A stretch of 64,000 bases of DNA from Phycisphaerae bacterium (GTDB taxonomy: Bacteria; Planctomycetota; Phycisphaerae; UBA1845), in assembly GCA_963666835.2 (NCBI GenBank), contig CAXXGO010000003.1, positions 64,001-128,000 of the forward strand, in the 5' to 3' direction. Position numbers and translations under genes: made by a program. Each line of letters opens with the position of its first letter. The stretch's first letter is position 1. The notes beneath the pieces were generated by a model. The model was given only the letters and a program-made list of their open reading frames with translations, was not told the DNA's origin and ran no database searches. Of this stretch, positions 41,740-51,790 are shown in pieces.

Positions 41740-43196
41740 AGTTCGCCGTGAGGCAGGCGGTCCATTCCGAATCGCCCGGCCTCGCGCTCCATCAGCCTCG
41801 TCATCTCCGTTCTCACGTCCCCCGAGATCGGGGACGGTTGGGCCTGTGCCAGGAGTTTGGCGACTTCTTGACTCGCCCGCGTGCGGAGCGTAGTCCCGCC
41901 CTCCGCGCGCCACCTCGATAGGTTCGCTCGATTGATGGTCGGGCCGGGGAAGTAGTGCTCCGTCTTGAGGTAACGGCGGGTGTGCGGCGAAATCAGCAGG
42001 TGCTTGTCTTGCAGGAGTTCTTCGAACCGGGGCACCGCGGGAAAGTCCTCTTGCGGCTCTATCCCGCGGATTATGCGCTGCATCATTCCGCAGATTTCAT
42101 TATCCAAGACCAACTTCTCCAGGCTGAGGCAGCTTTCGAAATCCAGCATTCCCGGCCCGGAGATGTTGTTGATTCCGGACAAGGCCGCCAGAGTGGCGCC
42201 CATCGACGTTTCCAGCCCGGCCTGGGCGTCCAGTTGCTTGGCATCGCTCAGGGAGATGTACGCCTGCGTCGGCAGCCCCAGGTGCTTGCCGATCTCGTTG
42301 TAGGCGCAGTCCATCATCATGGTCTCGATAGCCCCCATCGGGGTGGTTTCGTACCGCACATCGAAGATCGCCGGAGAACCGCCGTACAGCGCCGGCGCGC
42401 CGGGGTTGGTGAGTTGGCTGATCACGATGCCGGTCAGGGTCTCGGCGGTGTGTTGGACCAAGCTCCCGACAAGGGTCACCGGAGCGACGAACCCCGCCAA
42501 GGGCATGGAAACATACTCGACGGGGATCGAATACCGGGCGCAGTCGACGACGTTTTGCGACGTTACATGGCTCCATTTCAATGGGGCGGTTGGGCAGCAG
42601 GAGAACACGGTCAACGGCTTGGCTTTCAACTCCGCCTGTGACCCGCGAACCGCCAATTGCAGGTCTTTCATGACCTCGAACGACTCCACGGTGAACGCGC
42701 CGGTGACGACGGGTTTCTCGCAGAGCACAAGGCTGAGGAAAAGGCGATAGCTATCGGAGATTCGGTCTGGGACATCAGAAGGAACCAAAGCCGTGCTCTG
42801 TGAGGCGATATGGTCCATCCGGCTCATCAACTTGGCATACCTGACGTAGTCGACCGTCGTTGCTGGACGAATCTCCTGAGTATCCCCATCAAGGATGTTG
42901 ATAGCAGCGGACCCGGGCGTGAAATGCACGTTGTTGCCGGAGAAATCGTGGGTCAAACGGCCCATTACATCATACAGCCGGAAAGCCGCGGACTTCGTCT
43001 CCAGAGCGCGATCGATGATCTTGTCGGTCAAGAAGACGCGGTGGGAATCCCGCTCCACATGCGCCCCGTGGTCACCGAGCATCCGGAGGATCCCGTCATT
43101 CGCGATCTCGACTCCCAGCTTGCGGAGCACGGACCGGGCCTCGGCGACGATCCTCTCGATTAGGGCATCATCCAGGAATCTGACAATAGGTCGCAT
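41736..43196 (-). CDS. MttB-superfamily (trimethylamine-type) methyltransferase, non-pyrrolysine
   Basis: APVTLVGSLVQHTAE, LSDAKQLDAQAGLE, GPGMLD..LEKLVLDNEI; no in-frame TAG. Confidence 0.92.
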   Translation of the reverse strand: MRPIVRFLDDALIERIVAEARSVLRKLGVEIANDGILRMLGDHGAHVERDSHRVFLTDKIIDRALETKSAAFRLYDVMGRLTHDFSGNNVHFTPGSAAINILDGDTQEIRPATTVDYVRYAKLMSRMDHIASQSTALVPSDVPDRISDSYRLFLSLVLCEKPVVTGAFTVESFEVMKDLQLAVRGSQAELKAKPLTVFSCCPTAPLKWSHVTSQNVVDCARYSIPVEYVSMPLAGFVAPVTLVGSLVQHTAETLTGIVISQLTNPGAPALYGGSPAIFDVRYETTPMGAIETMMMDCAYNEIGKHLGLPTQAYISLSDAKQLDAQAGLETSMGATLAALSGINNISGPGMLDFESCLSLEKLVLDNEICGMMQRIIRGIEPQEDFPAVPRFEELLQDKHLLISPHTRRYLKTEHYFPGPTINRANLSRWRAEGGTTLRTRASQEVAKLLAQAQPSPISGDVRTEMTRLMEREAGRFGMDRLPHGEL

Positions 43197-43509
43197 GGTC
43201 GGCCTCCTTACGGCGTCAACGGCGCCGGCAGCACCGCAAAGCTAAGCTCTACAATCTGATGGTACCGCGGGGATACCGGTTCCACCATGGTGGGTCCAGG
43301 GGGCGGATCATCGCGTGGCGCGCAGCGGCGCTTGTCAGCCCGGGCGGGAGTGGGCTTAGTCCGATAGGAACGGTCGTATCAGAGCGTCTGTCGCCGGTTA
43401 CGGGCTGCGGAGGGCGATGTTACTGCTAACGCCTCCTGCCGGCGGTGCTCACTTGCCGTTTACCTTATGACCCGTTGCGGCTCGTACCGATAATCATGGG
43501 GACAGAAGC

Positions 43510-45987
43510 GTGATTACTGCATCGCGGGGGCCACGGAACTCGCGACAGGGGTTGTACATGAGCCAGTGTCCGACAATGGCCCAGTTAGGGGGAGTGTCCA
43601 TACCCGACGTCCTGGAGGCGTTGCGCCGGCGGGGCGATCACTACGCCATCCTGAATATCGGACTGAAGCACCTACGGGATAACCCGGACGATCCCGCCGG
43701 TCTGCCGATCGTGGTCAAGTCGTTACTGGCGCTCGGGCTGGCCGGACCCGCCCGCGATCTGCTCCTGGCCGCCGAGTCCAGCGGTGGTCTGGATTCCGAA
43801 ATGGTGTCCGTACGCGACCGGATCGCCACGGCCCCGGCCGGGCGGGTGGGTTGGCGCACGCTGCAAGACCGTTTCGAAGCCAACTTCGCGCAGGTATGCG
43901 CGAGGTGGCCCGAGATGGAAAAGCACGAGGCGGTGTTTCGGGATATTCCGCGGAAGTATGAACTCTTCAAGAGCATTGATGACAACGTCAACATCTCCCG
44001 GCGCGGCTTACGCGGCGGGCGGCAGTGGGTCTACGACTTCTGTGACGTAAACGCCGTGGCATCGGGGGCGGTGTTGCCCCACAACTCTGAGGAGATGTTC
44101 TGCGGTCCGTATCTGATTGCGGGAGACCGATCGGCGTCGTTGTTCCATCGCGTCTTCGAAGCTACGCAGAAGATGTTCCTGACTTTCAGCCCTCGTATCT
44201 ACATAATCGAAAGTGACGTGGCCTCCTTCGGCTTCGGGTTGTATCTGCTCGATACGGTGGATCGCCTGACACACGAGCGGGTAGATGCGTTTGTCGGTCC
44301 GAATTGCGTGGATCGGCTGATTGCTTATCTCGAGAGGCATCCGGATCGAGGCCTGCCGGAATATGGAGTCCGGCTGGCCGCCACCGGCGAGGCGTTGTGC
44401 AAAAGGGCTTTCGACGCCCTTCAGCCGCTTGTCGAATCGCGTCGACGGAAGGCGGAGGATGCTGCAACCGCTGCCGCGGATTATTACGCATCTCTGCCTG
44501 CGGACTATTGGCAAACGCGCTTCGGGACGGATCGGGACGGGCCCTTGCGGGTGCTCGGGTTGACCGGGCGTTTCACGACCTTTCTCCAATACTCGATGCG
44601 CGACTGGGGCGCGGCCTTCGAGGATCGCGGGCACGAGTTCAAGATGGTCTTGGAGGACAGTGACCACGATTTGCTGCCGGCATCACGCATTCCGGAGGCG
44701 TTTGCCGAGTTCAAGCCCGATCTGGTTCTCTGCATAGACCATTTTCGGCCGAAGTATCGGCGGGACGTGCCGGACGACGTCCCCTATGTCGGGTGGATTC
44801 AGGACGCCCTTCCGCATCTTTACGACCGGGAGTGTGGCAAGTCGTTGGGCAAGTTCGATTTCTACATCGCCCGAGACGCCCGCGCGTTGTCTATCAATTA
44901 CGAGTATCCATTCGCGCAGGGCGTCGGCTGGCCGATGACGACGAGCGAGCGAACCTACAGCAACGAGCCGATGACCGAGGAGGAGCTGGCCCCGCACCGT
45001 TGCGATTTCTCGTTTGTGAGCAGCCATTCGAAGCTGCCCGAGCGGGCGCACGCAGAGCGCCGCGACGGCTTCAAGCACGATCCTATGGTCTTGCGCCTGG
45101 TGGATCGAGTCTTCGAGACCCTCCAGGGGAAGCGTGAATGGAGTTCGGCAAACGCCTGTCTGCGGTCCGGGACTCTTTTCCGGGCGATCAAACGCGAGCT
45201 GGGGTTTGTCCCGGCTTCCGAAAAGGCGAACGATCTTCTGTTGACGACCTACGTCTATCCGATGGCGGAGCTCATCTTCCGGCAGTCGGTGCTTGCTTGG
45301 GTTGCGGACTACTGCGATCGGACGGGCCGGTGTTTGCACCTTTATGGGAATGGCTGGGAAGAACACCCGCGATTTGCGCAGTACGCCCACGGCTTCGCCG
45401 AAAACGGGCCCCAGTTGCGGGCGATTCACCAAGCCAGCACCATCAACCTGCAGATAACCACGTTCGGGGCCGTACACCAGCGGCTTCTGGACGGGCTCGC
45501 GGCCGGGGGGTTCTTTCTGATCCGCCGAACACCCGGTGACACGGCACATGAGGTGATGCGGGAGTTCCTTGCGGCAGTACGCGAGTATGGGATTCAACCG
45601 GAGGAGCCGTTTGATCCCGTGGAGCTGCCCGAGTTTGACCGGGTGCGGGCGAAGCTCTGGGAACATCAAGGCTGGCCCGAGCCGGACAAGCGACTGACGA
45701 TTCCCACAGGCGTGATTCGTCAACTGGAAGAGCTGGAGCGGGACGGTTTTCGTCAGGTAGCCGGGGCGATGTTCGAGGATTATGAAGGTGTGTCGTTTGC
45801 CACTGCGGAGGAGTTCGAGCGTTTGGCGGAGGGGTTTATCTCTGACCGATCCTCGCGGAACATGATCACCGAGCGGATGCGCGCCTGCGTGGTGAAGGAG
45901 TACTCCTACGGAGCGTTGGTTGACCACCTGTTACCGTTCATTGGGCAACGGCTGGCGGAAAGCGAAGGGGGGAACGATGGCGCCTGA
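43510..45987 (+). CDS. Large glycosyltransferase-like protein with C-terminal CgeB/YkvP-like (GT-B) region
   Basis: LHLYGNGW, IHQASTINL..HQRLLDGLAAGGFFL; start may be 43558. Confidence 0.65.
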   Translation: MITASRGPRNSRQGLYMSQCPTMAQLGGVSIPDVLEALRRRGDHYAILNIGLKHLRDNPDDPAGLPIVVKSLLALGLAGPARDLLLAAESSGGLDSEMVSVRDRIATAPAGRVGWRTLQDRFEANFAQVCARWPEMEKHEAVFRDIPRKYELFKSIDDNVNISRRGLRGGRQWVYDFCDVNAVASGAVLPHNSEEMFCGPYLIAGDRSASLFHRVFEATQKMFLTFSPRIYIIESDVASFGFGLYLLDTVDRLTHERVDAFVGPNCVDRLIAYLERHPDRGLPEYGVRLAATGEALCKRAFDALQPLVESRRRKAEDAATAAADYYASLPADYWQTRFGTDRDGPLRVLGLTGRFTTFLQYSMRDWGAAFEDRGHEFKMVLEDSDHDLLPASRIPEAFAEFKPDLVLCIDHFRPKYRRDVPDDVPYVGWIQDALPHLYDRECGKSLGKFDFYIARDARALSINYEYPFAQGVGWPMTTSERTYSNEPMTEEELAPHRCDFSFVSSHSKLPERAHAERRDGFKHDPMVLRLVDRVFETLQGKREWSSANACLRSGTLFRAIKRELGFVPASEKANDLLLTTYVYPMAELIFRQSVLAWVADYCDRTGRCLHLYGNGWEEHPRFAQYAHGFAENGPQLRAIHQASTINLQITTFGAVHQRLLDGLAAGGFFLIRRTPGDTAHEVMREFLAAVREYGIQPEEPFDPVELPEFDRVRAKLWEHQGWPEPDKRLTIPTGVIRQLEELERDGFRQVAGAMFEDYEGVSFATAEEFERLAEGFISDRSSRNMITERMRACVVKEYSYGALVDHLLPFIGQRLAESEGGNDGA

Positions 45988-46693
45988 ACGAAGTGGGTCT
46001 GCGGTTGTGCCGGGCGCTTCCTCGCGATCACGGCGCGAGATAACGCCGCCGTTCGAACTGGGTTTTCACGGCGATCGGTATCTGCTGGAGCTGGTGGGCG
46101 CAGTTTTGCCGCAGGTGGACAACTTCGTGGAGACCGGGGCTAACGTGGGGACGACCGCGCGATATGTAGCCACCGCCTGTCCGAGGATTAACGTCTATTC
46201 GTGCGAGCCGGATGCCGAGGCCTTTGCGGCCGCACGGCAGAACCTCGCCGGGTGCGCCAACGCCGTTGTCTCTCTAGAGGCGTCCCCTGACTTCCTCTAT
46301 CAGATTCACAATGATCACCCGGAGCTTCGGACGGGTACGAACCTCTACTGGCTCGATGCGCACGGCTACGGTTTTCGGTGGCCGTTGCGAGATGAAGTGA
46401 CGTATATTACTGAGCGACAGTCACGTGGCATATTCGTTATCGACGACTTCGAGGTTCCCGGTCGGCCCGAGTTTGCGTTTGAGGTTGCCGCCGGGCAACG
46501 CTGCGGGTTTGGACTGATTCGCGAGTCGTTGGCCGCCGGACGTACGTACCGCTTAATCTACCCGGCGTATACGGAGCACACTTCGCCGCATCATCCTCTT
46601 GTGGGGTACGTTGCGGTGGAGTTTGGGATGAGCGTCGCCGCCGATGCGGCCAAAGCAGAAGGGAACTTCGACATCGTCACGTTCGAATCGTGA
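45977..46693 (+). CDS. SAM-dependent methyltransferase-like protein
   Basis: FVETGANVG, YSCEPD, YWLDAH, VIDD. Confidence 0.7.
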   Translation: MAPERSGSAVVPGASSRSRREITPPFELGFHGDRYLLELVGAVLPQVDNFVETGANVGTTARYVATACPRINVYSCEPDAEAFAAARQNLAGCANAVVSLEASPDFLYQIHNDHPELRTGTNLYWLDAHGYGFRWPLRDEVTYITERQSRGIFVIDDFEVPGRPEFAFEVAAGQRCGFGLIRESLAAGRTYRLIYPAYTEHTSPHHPLVGYVAVEFGMSVAADAAKAEGNFDIVTFES

Positions 46694-46745
46694 TCAGCGG
46701 CGCCTGCAGGCCCGTCGAGATTGCGGATGAGGAGCCACTCTGAGA

Positions 46746-47516
46746 ATGCCGAGCATCGTGGAGAACGACGTGACCGAGGCGGCTTTCGCCGAGCAGCCTT
46801 GCGGGAGAATGGCGGATCGCGAGCGCTTCGTGGACATTCACCGGCTCGTCCCGGATCGCGCTCCGGCCATTGTTGATGGTGGCGCCCACGCGGGAATGAC
46901 GATGGCTGCGTTTCGGTCAATGTACTCCTCTTCCACGATTACGGCTTTCGAGCCCAACCCCGAATACGCGGCGTTGTTGCGCCGGAAGTTCGGTGAAGAC
47001 GCGAACGCTGTAATTCATGAGAAGGCGTTGGGGGCGGATTGTAGAACGGTGAAGTTCAACGTCCTTAACTACCCGGCGTCGTCTTCCGTCTATGCACCAA
47101 GTGAGATCAACCACCGGATCCACGGCGCGAAGATGGATGTGCGTCGCATGGTTGAAGTGAAGCAGGTCCGGTTGGACGACGTGATCGCGCCGGGTGAGCT
47201 GGACATTCTCAAACTTGATCTGCAGGGGTATGAGCTTGAGGCTCTCCGAGGCGCCGAACGGCTTCTTCCCGGGATCAGGGTCATTGCCACGGAAGTCGAG
47301 TTCGTTTCCCTCTACCACGGGCAGCCGCTGTTCCGCGATCTGGATTCATTTCTCGAAACGAAGGGTTTTCGTTTGTTCAACTTCTACGAGCTGTACACGC
47401 ACCCCAATGGCCAGTTGACCGCCGGGGACGCGATCTACGTGAACCGGAGTTTCTTCGGGGACGCGTTCGAGAGCGATCTGACCGTAGACGGTGGGGGAGG
47501 CTGTAATTATGACTGA
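46746..47516 (+). CDS. FkbM-family methyltransferase
   Basis: VDGGAHAG, AFEPNP, LKLDLQGYE. Confidence 0.9.
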   Translation: MPSIVENDVTEAAFAEQPCGRMADRERFVDIHRLVPDRAPAIVDGGAHAGMTMAAFRSMYSSSTITAFEPNPEYAALLRRKFGEDANAVIHEKALGADCRTVKFNVLNYPASSSVYAPSEINHRIHGAKMDVRRMVEVKQVRLDDVIAPGELDILKLDLQGYELEALRGAERLLPGIRVIATEVEFVSLYHGQPLFRDLDSFLETKGFRLFNFYELYTHPNGQLTAGDAIYVNRSFFGDAFESDLTVDGGGGCNYD

Positions 47517-48285
47517 CGTTCTCACGAGGCACTGCACCGACCGCGCTGATCCGCCGACCGCGGTGCCGAAGACGACGTCCATCACGGTGACCGATCCGGC
47601 GGTCCTGCGCCGGTATCTGGCGGACCCCGAGTTTCCGATCGTGGTCAGTTTTCCGCGTACCGGCAGCCATTGGCTTCGGATGCTGATGGAACTGTATTTC
47701 GAGCGTCCTTCGTTGGTGCGAGTGTTTTACTACGCGAATCGAACCGACTACCTGACTCTCCACACTCACGATTTGCCGGGCGGGCTGCCGGACGGAATCG
47801 GGGAGGATATGAAACGCCGCAACGTCATCTTCCTCTACCGCCATCCGGTGCATACCGTGTACTCGCAACTCCGCTTCTATGGGGAGGCGCTCGACGACAC
47901 CGAGCGTATCGCGTACTGGTCCGACCTTTACGGGCAACATTTGGACAAGTGGTTGCACGGGGAGCGATTCACTACAAAGAAGACCATACTCACCTACGAG
48001 GGCATGCGTCGTGATCTGGCCGCCGAGTTCCGCAAACTAACCGACCACTTCGGACGCTCGCTCGATGAGACCAGATTGGCGGACGTCGCCCGCCGCGTGA
48101 GCAAGACTGAATTGCAGCGGCTCGTCGGGCCGGAGCGGCCTGAGGTTGTAAACCTGGAGGCGTCTTACGCGGGTTCGCGGGAGGCGTTTGAGCAGGCATC
48201 GTCCTCCGCGGTGTGGGCGGCGTTGCTGGCCGGTCGGCCTTACCTGAAACGGTACTTCGTTCATCTGGCGGAGGGGCGATCTTGA
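47509..48285 (+). CDS. Sulfotransferase-domain protein
   Basis: SFPRTGSHW (5'-PSB-like), YRHP..VYS (3'-PB-like), TYE. Confidence 0.7.
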   Translation: MTDVLTRHCTDRADPPTAVPKTTSITVTDPAVLRRYLADPEFPIVVSFPRTGSHWLRMLMELYFERPSLVRVFYYANRTDYLTLHTHDLPGGLPDGIGEDMKRRNVIFLYRHPVHTVYSQLRFYGEALDDTERIAYWSDLYGQHLDKWLHGERFTTKKTILTYEGMRRDLAAEFRKLTDHFGRSLDETRLADVARRVSKTELQRLVGPERPEVVNLEASYAGSREAFEQASSSAVWAALLAGRPYLKRYFVHLAEGRS

Positions 48286-49229
48286 AGTTGGCCCGGATCG
48301 TGCGCAACTGGTCGGGGATCGACCTGCTCCGGCAGACCCCAGGTCGGAGTGGCGTCTGGGGTGATGTGCGCTTCACGATGGACGAAGTCGAGGAGTGCGA
48401 CTATCTGATCGTTAGCAACTCCATTCCACACGACATTGAAGTGGTCTGCCCTCCGGAGCACGTGTGGGCGATCATCGGCGAGCCGCCCGAGCATTTCGCC
48501 AAGCGGTGGCACGTCGATCTCCCGGCCGTGCATCGCGTCTACACAGTTGACCCAGATTTCAGCGGCGACCGCTATATACACGGCCAGGCGGCGCTCCCCT
48601 GGCATGTGGATCGAGATTATGACGAGCTGGTCGGCGCCGTCTGTCCCGACAAGACCCGGACCCTGTCATGGGTGACGACCGGAAAAGCCGTGTTTGCCGG
48701 GCACCGGGCTCGGCTCGGGTTCCTCGATCGTCTTCGGGGACGAATCGAGTTTGACCTGTTCGGTTGGGACTTCGTTCCCGTCGAGGACAAGTGGGATGCC
48801 CTGGCGCCTTATCGTTATTCAATAGCCGTCGAGAACCACCGAAACCCGTACTACTGGACGGAGAAGATCGCCGACTGCTTTCTGGCCTGGACCATGCCGA
48901 TCTACTGCGGGTGTTCGAGAATAACCGACTACTTCCCGGCAGAGGCCATGGTCCTGATTGACATCGACGATCCGGATGTGATCGACAAGATCCGCGAGGC
49001 CATCAGCGGTGATCGGTGGCAGAGTAATCTGGACGCGATTGCCGAAGCTCGTCGGCGAGTTCTGCAGCAATATCAGCTTTTCCCGTTTATGGCTAACGAG
49101 ATTGAACGAATGGAGAGGACCTGGACCGCAGCAGCAGTGCCGCGACGAGTGCTGCTGCACGGCGGCGAAGGTGACCCGGAAGCGTTGCCGTGCCGAGCCC
49201 GTCCGGTATCGGCAGTGATCGGCGGATAA
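48282..49229 (+). CDS. GT10 (alpha-1,3-fucosyltransferase-like) glycosyltransferase
   Basis: YRYSIAVEN..YWTEKIADC..PIY.G; TTG start overlaps the upstream stop. Confidence 0.85.
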   Translation: MKLARIVRNWSGIDLLRQTPGRSGVWGDVRFTMDEVEECDYLIVSNSIPHDIEVVCPPEHVWAIIGEPPEHFAKRWHVDLPAVHRVYTVDPDFSGDRYIHGQAALPWHVDRDYDELVGAVCPDKTRTLSWVTTGKAVFAGHRARLGFLDRLRGRIEFDLFGWDFVPVEDKWDALAPYRYSIAVENHRNPYYWTEKIADCFLAWTMPIYCGCSRITDYFPAEAMVLIDIDDPDVIDKIREAISGDRWQSNLDAIAEARRRVLQQYQLFPFMANEIERMERTWTAAAVPRRVLLHGGEGDPEALPCRARPVSAVIGG

Positions 49230-49267
49230 GTGGACCAATAGGAAGGTGCTCGCAACAGGCGGAACTC

Positions 49268-50695
49268 ATGCGAATCCTGCTACTCCAACTGAATGTCAAC
49301 ACCAAGCAAGGGCAGGGGTACACGTACCAGATCGGGTGCGGGTACTTGATGAGTGTGCTGCGCGCCGCCGGGCATGATGTGTCGTTTCACTCGGTTACCG
49401 ACAGTGATCCCAATGCTCTTGAACGCGTGCTCGATTGTCAAGCTCCTCAGGTCGTCGGGATCTACGTGGTCGCCCCGATGGAGAAGTACCTCGGACGCGT
49501 CGCGCGCAGGATCAAGGAGCGACAAGCGGATGCGATGGTCGTAGTCGGCGGTCCTCACCCGACGATCTACCCCGAGCTTATCGAGGGCCAACCGGATGTC
49601 GACGCGGTCTTTCGCGGCGAGGGAGAGTTGCAGCTTGCCGAGCTGGCTCGTCGCATCGATGCCGGCGAGCCCTATACCGATCTTGCCGGGTTTCGATTTC
49701 GTGTATCCGGAAACATCATAGACAACCCCCTGGCTCCGCTGCTTTCGGAAGAACAGGTTCGCGCATTACCGAGCCCGGAGCATGGTGAGGCTTTCGGGCG
49801 GGCTATCGCCGAGGCCGACGGGCTGGCCCATTTCATGTTCAGCCGGGGTTGCCCGTTTGCCTGTACTTACTGCAGCAACGAGGCATTCAACCGGTTGTTC
49901 GGGTTCCAGTTTCGGGTTCGGGCGGTTGACCAGGCGTTGGAGGAAATCGACGACGCCCTGACTCGCCACCGGATCGACGTGTTGGGTTTTGATGACGATA
50001 TTCTGACCCTCAAGAAGGACTGGTTCGACCGGTTCATTCGGCGTTATCGGGATGAGATCCATCGGCCGTTCTTCGCTAACGTGCGGGTGGGGACCATCTC
50101 GGACGACCAGCTTCGGCTTATGAAGGAGGCTGGTTGCCGCTTGATCCAGATCGGGATTGAATCCGGTGATCCCGACATTCGCGAGCGGGTGCTCGGTCGA
50201 AAGATGAGCAACAAGGCCATCGTCAGCTTGTACCAGAAAGCCCACGCCATCGGGCTCGACACGATGTCGTTTAACATGGTCGGGCTGCCGTACGAGACTC
50301 CGAAGGCCTTCATGGAGACGGTTCGACTCAACGCCGCTATTCAACCGAACATGGCCGGGCTCCACGTGTTCTATCCCTACCGCGGTACGAAGGCGGCCGA
50401 GATGTGTGCGGCCGAAGGCTGGATCGCGTCCGAGAGCGATGACGTTGTGGAACGCGAGGAGTCCATTCTGGAGATGCCGCAGTTCTCGCGTGAGGAAATC
50501 CGCTGGAGCTACCGCAACTTCTATAGACTGATCCGCGAAGAGGCGGAAAGGCAGCAGAGCGTTACTGAAACTCGGAACCGCGCGGGCCAAATAGAAGATG
50601 TCTCCGAGGCGTTGCACGAAGGCGTCCAGGTGCCGCCGACAGGGCGCGGCGACACCGATAGGGCAGAGACAACGATGGACGAGGTTACGGTTTGA
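49268..50695 (+). CDS. B12-binding radical SAM protein
   Basis: GGPHPT, GEGE, SRGCPFACTYC, GIESG, MVGLPYET. Confidence 0.92.
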   Translation: MRILLLQLNVNTKQGQGYTYQIGCGYLMSVLRAAGHDVSFHSVTDSDPNALERVLDCQAPQVVGIYVVAPMEKYLGRVARRIKERQADAMVVVGGPHPTIYPELIEGQPDVDAVFRGEGELQLAELARRIDAGEPYTDLAGFRFRVSGNIIDNPLAPLLSEEQVRALPSPEHGEAFGRAIAEADGLAHFMFSRGCPFACTYCSNEAFNRLFGFQFRVRAVDQALEEIDDALTRHRIDVLGFDDDILTLKKDWFDRFIRRYRDEIHRPFFANVRVGTISDDQLRLMKEAGCRLIQIGIESGDPDIRERVLGRKMSNKAIVSLYQKAHAIGLDTMSFNMVGLPYETPKAFMETVRLNAAIQPNMAGLHVFYPYRGTKAAEMCAAEGWIASESDDVVEREESILEMPQFSREEIRWSYRNFYRLIREEAERQQSVTETRNRAGQIEDVSEALHEGVQVPPTGRGDTDRAETTMDEVTV

Positions 50696-50704
50696 AGGGC
50701 GAGC

Positions 50705-51790
50705 ATGTTTCCGGCGGACCGATCGGAGATGCCTGAGCCACTGATGGATAACGATACTAGCCAGTCCGATGTCGGCGAACTGCTTCTTTCGATCGTCGTC
50801 TGTACGTACGACCGACCGGAGATGCTGGCCGGCTGTCTGGAGAGTCTGGACCGGCAGACGCTGGATCGTTCGTATTACGAGATCATCGTGGTTGACAACC
50901 TGCCCGGGTGCGCAACGCGCGAAGTTGTGGACCGGTTGAGCCCCCGCGGGAACATCCGGTACGAGGCGGAGCCGCAACAGGGTTTGTCGCATGCCCGCAA
51001 TCGCGGATGGCGCGTCGCGGCCGGGTGTTACGTTGTTTATCTGGATGATGACTGCCGAGTTCCCGAGCAGTGGCTGACCGTGGCCGCCCGCATTGCCCGC
51101 GACGTGAGCCCGGCCGCGTTCGGCGGACCGTATTACCCCTTCTATACGACCCCCAAACCGGCTTGGTATCGCGACCGTTACGCATCGCACGTGCAAGGAA
51201 ACGAAGCGCGGGTATTGGAACGCGACGAGTATCTCGATGGGGGGAACCTGGCCCTCCGCAGGTTGGTCCTGCAGAGGCTCGGGGGTTTCAATGCCGCGCT
51301 GGGGATGTCCGGGCGGAAGACTGCCTACGGCGAGGAGACGCAGTTGATTCGTCGTATTCGCACAGATATGCCGGACGAGTTAGTCTATTACGATCCGGAT
51401 CTGTCCGTTCGGCATTGGGTGCATCCGGGCAAGATGACCCTGCGCGGAGCTGCGCGCCGGGTCATTGCGGCCGGGCGTTACACGCAACGCGTATTCTGCC
51501 CTTGCGCGGCACCGAAGACCGGTCGTATCCGAACGGCACTTCAGGCGATCGGAGCGGTAATGGCCGTAGCGTGTGTCGGCGTGAGGGGTGTTCTCGTACG
51601 TGATCGCAGGCAATACCCCTATGTGCAGAACTACTGGTTCGAACGCGTTCTACCGAAGTTGCACCGGTTCGGACGGGTGCTCGAGCAATATCGGCAATGT
51701 CCGCCGCGAGTGGCAAACCGCGGCGAGCTTTCGAATACTGCGACAGAATCTACGTGGCACCTGGGGCGACGGGCTGAACATCATGGGTAA
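50705..51790 (+). CDS. GT2 glycosyltransferase
   Basis: SIVVCTYDR, VVDN, GLSHARN, YLDDD. Confidence 0.92.
   Translation: MFPADRSEMPEPLMDNDTSQSDVGELLLSIVVCTYDRPEMLAGCLESLDRQTLDRSYYEIIVVDNLPGCATREVVDRLSPRGNIRYEAEPQQGLSHARNRGWRVAAGCYVVYLDDDCRVPEQWLTVAARIARDVSPAAFGGPYYPFYTTPKPAWYRDRYASHVQGNEARVLERDEYLDGGNLALRRLVLQRLGGFNAALGMSGRKTAYGEETQLIRRIRTDMPDELVYYDPDLSVRHWVHPGKMTLRGAARRVIAAGRYTQRVFCPCAAPKTGRIRTALQAIGAVMAVACVGVRGVLVRDRRQYPYVQNYWFERVLPKLHRFGRVLEQYRQCPPRVANRGELSNTATESTWHLGRRAEHHG

Noticed and set aside
41736..43196. Pyrrolysine recoding in MttB
   Set aside because: The ORF is uninterrupted, Leu is at the equivalent position, and there are no pyl genes.
43197..43509. Cobalamin or SAM riboswitch upstream of the MttB operon
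   Set aside because: No B12-box or SAM-I core motifs recognised on the minus strand.
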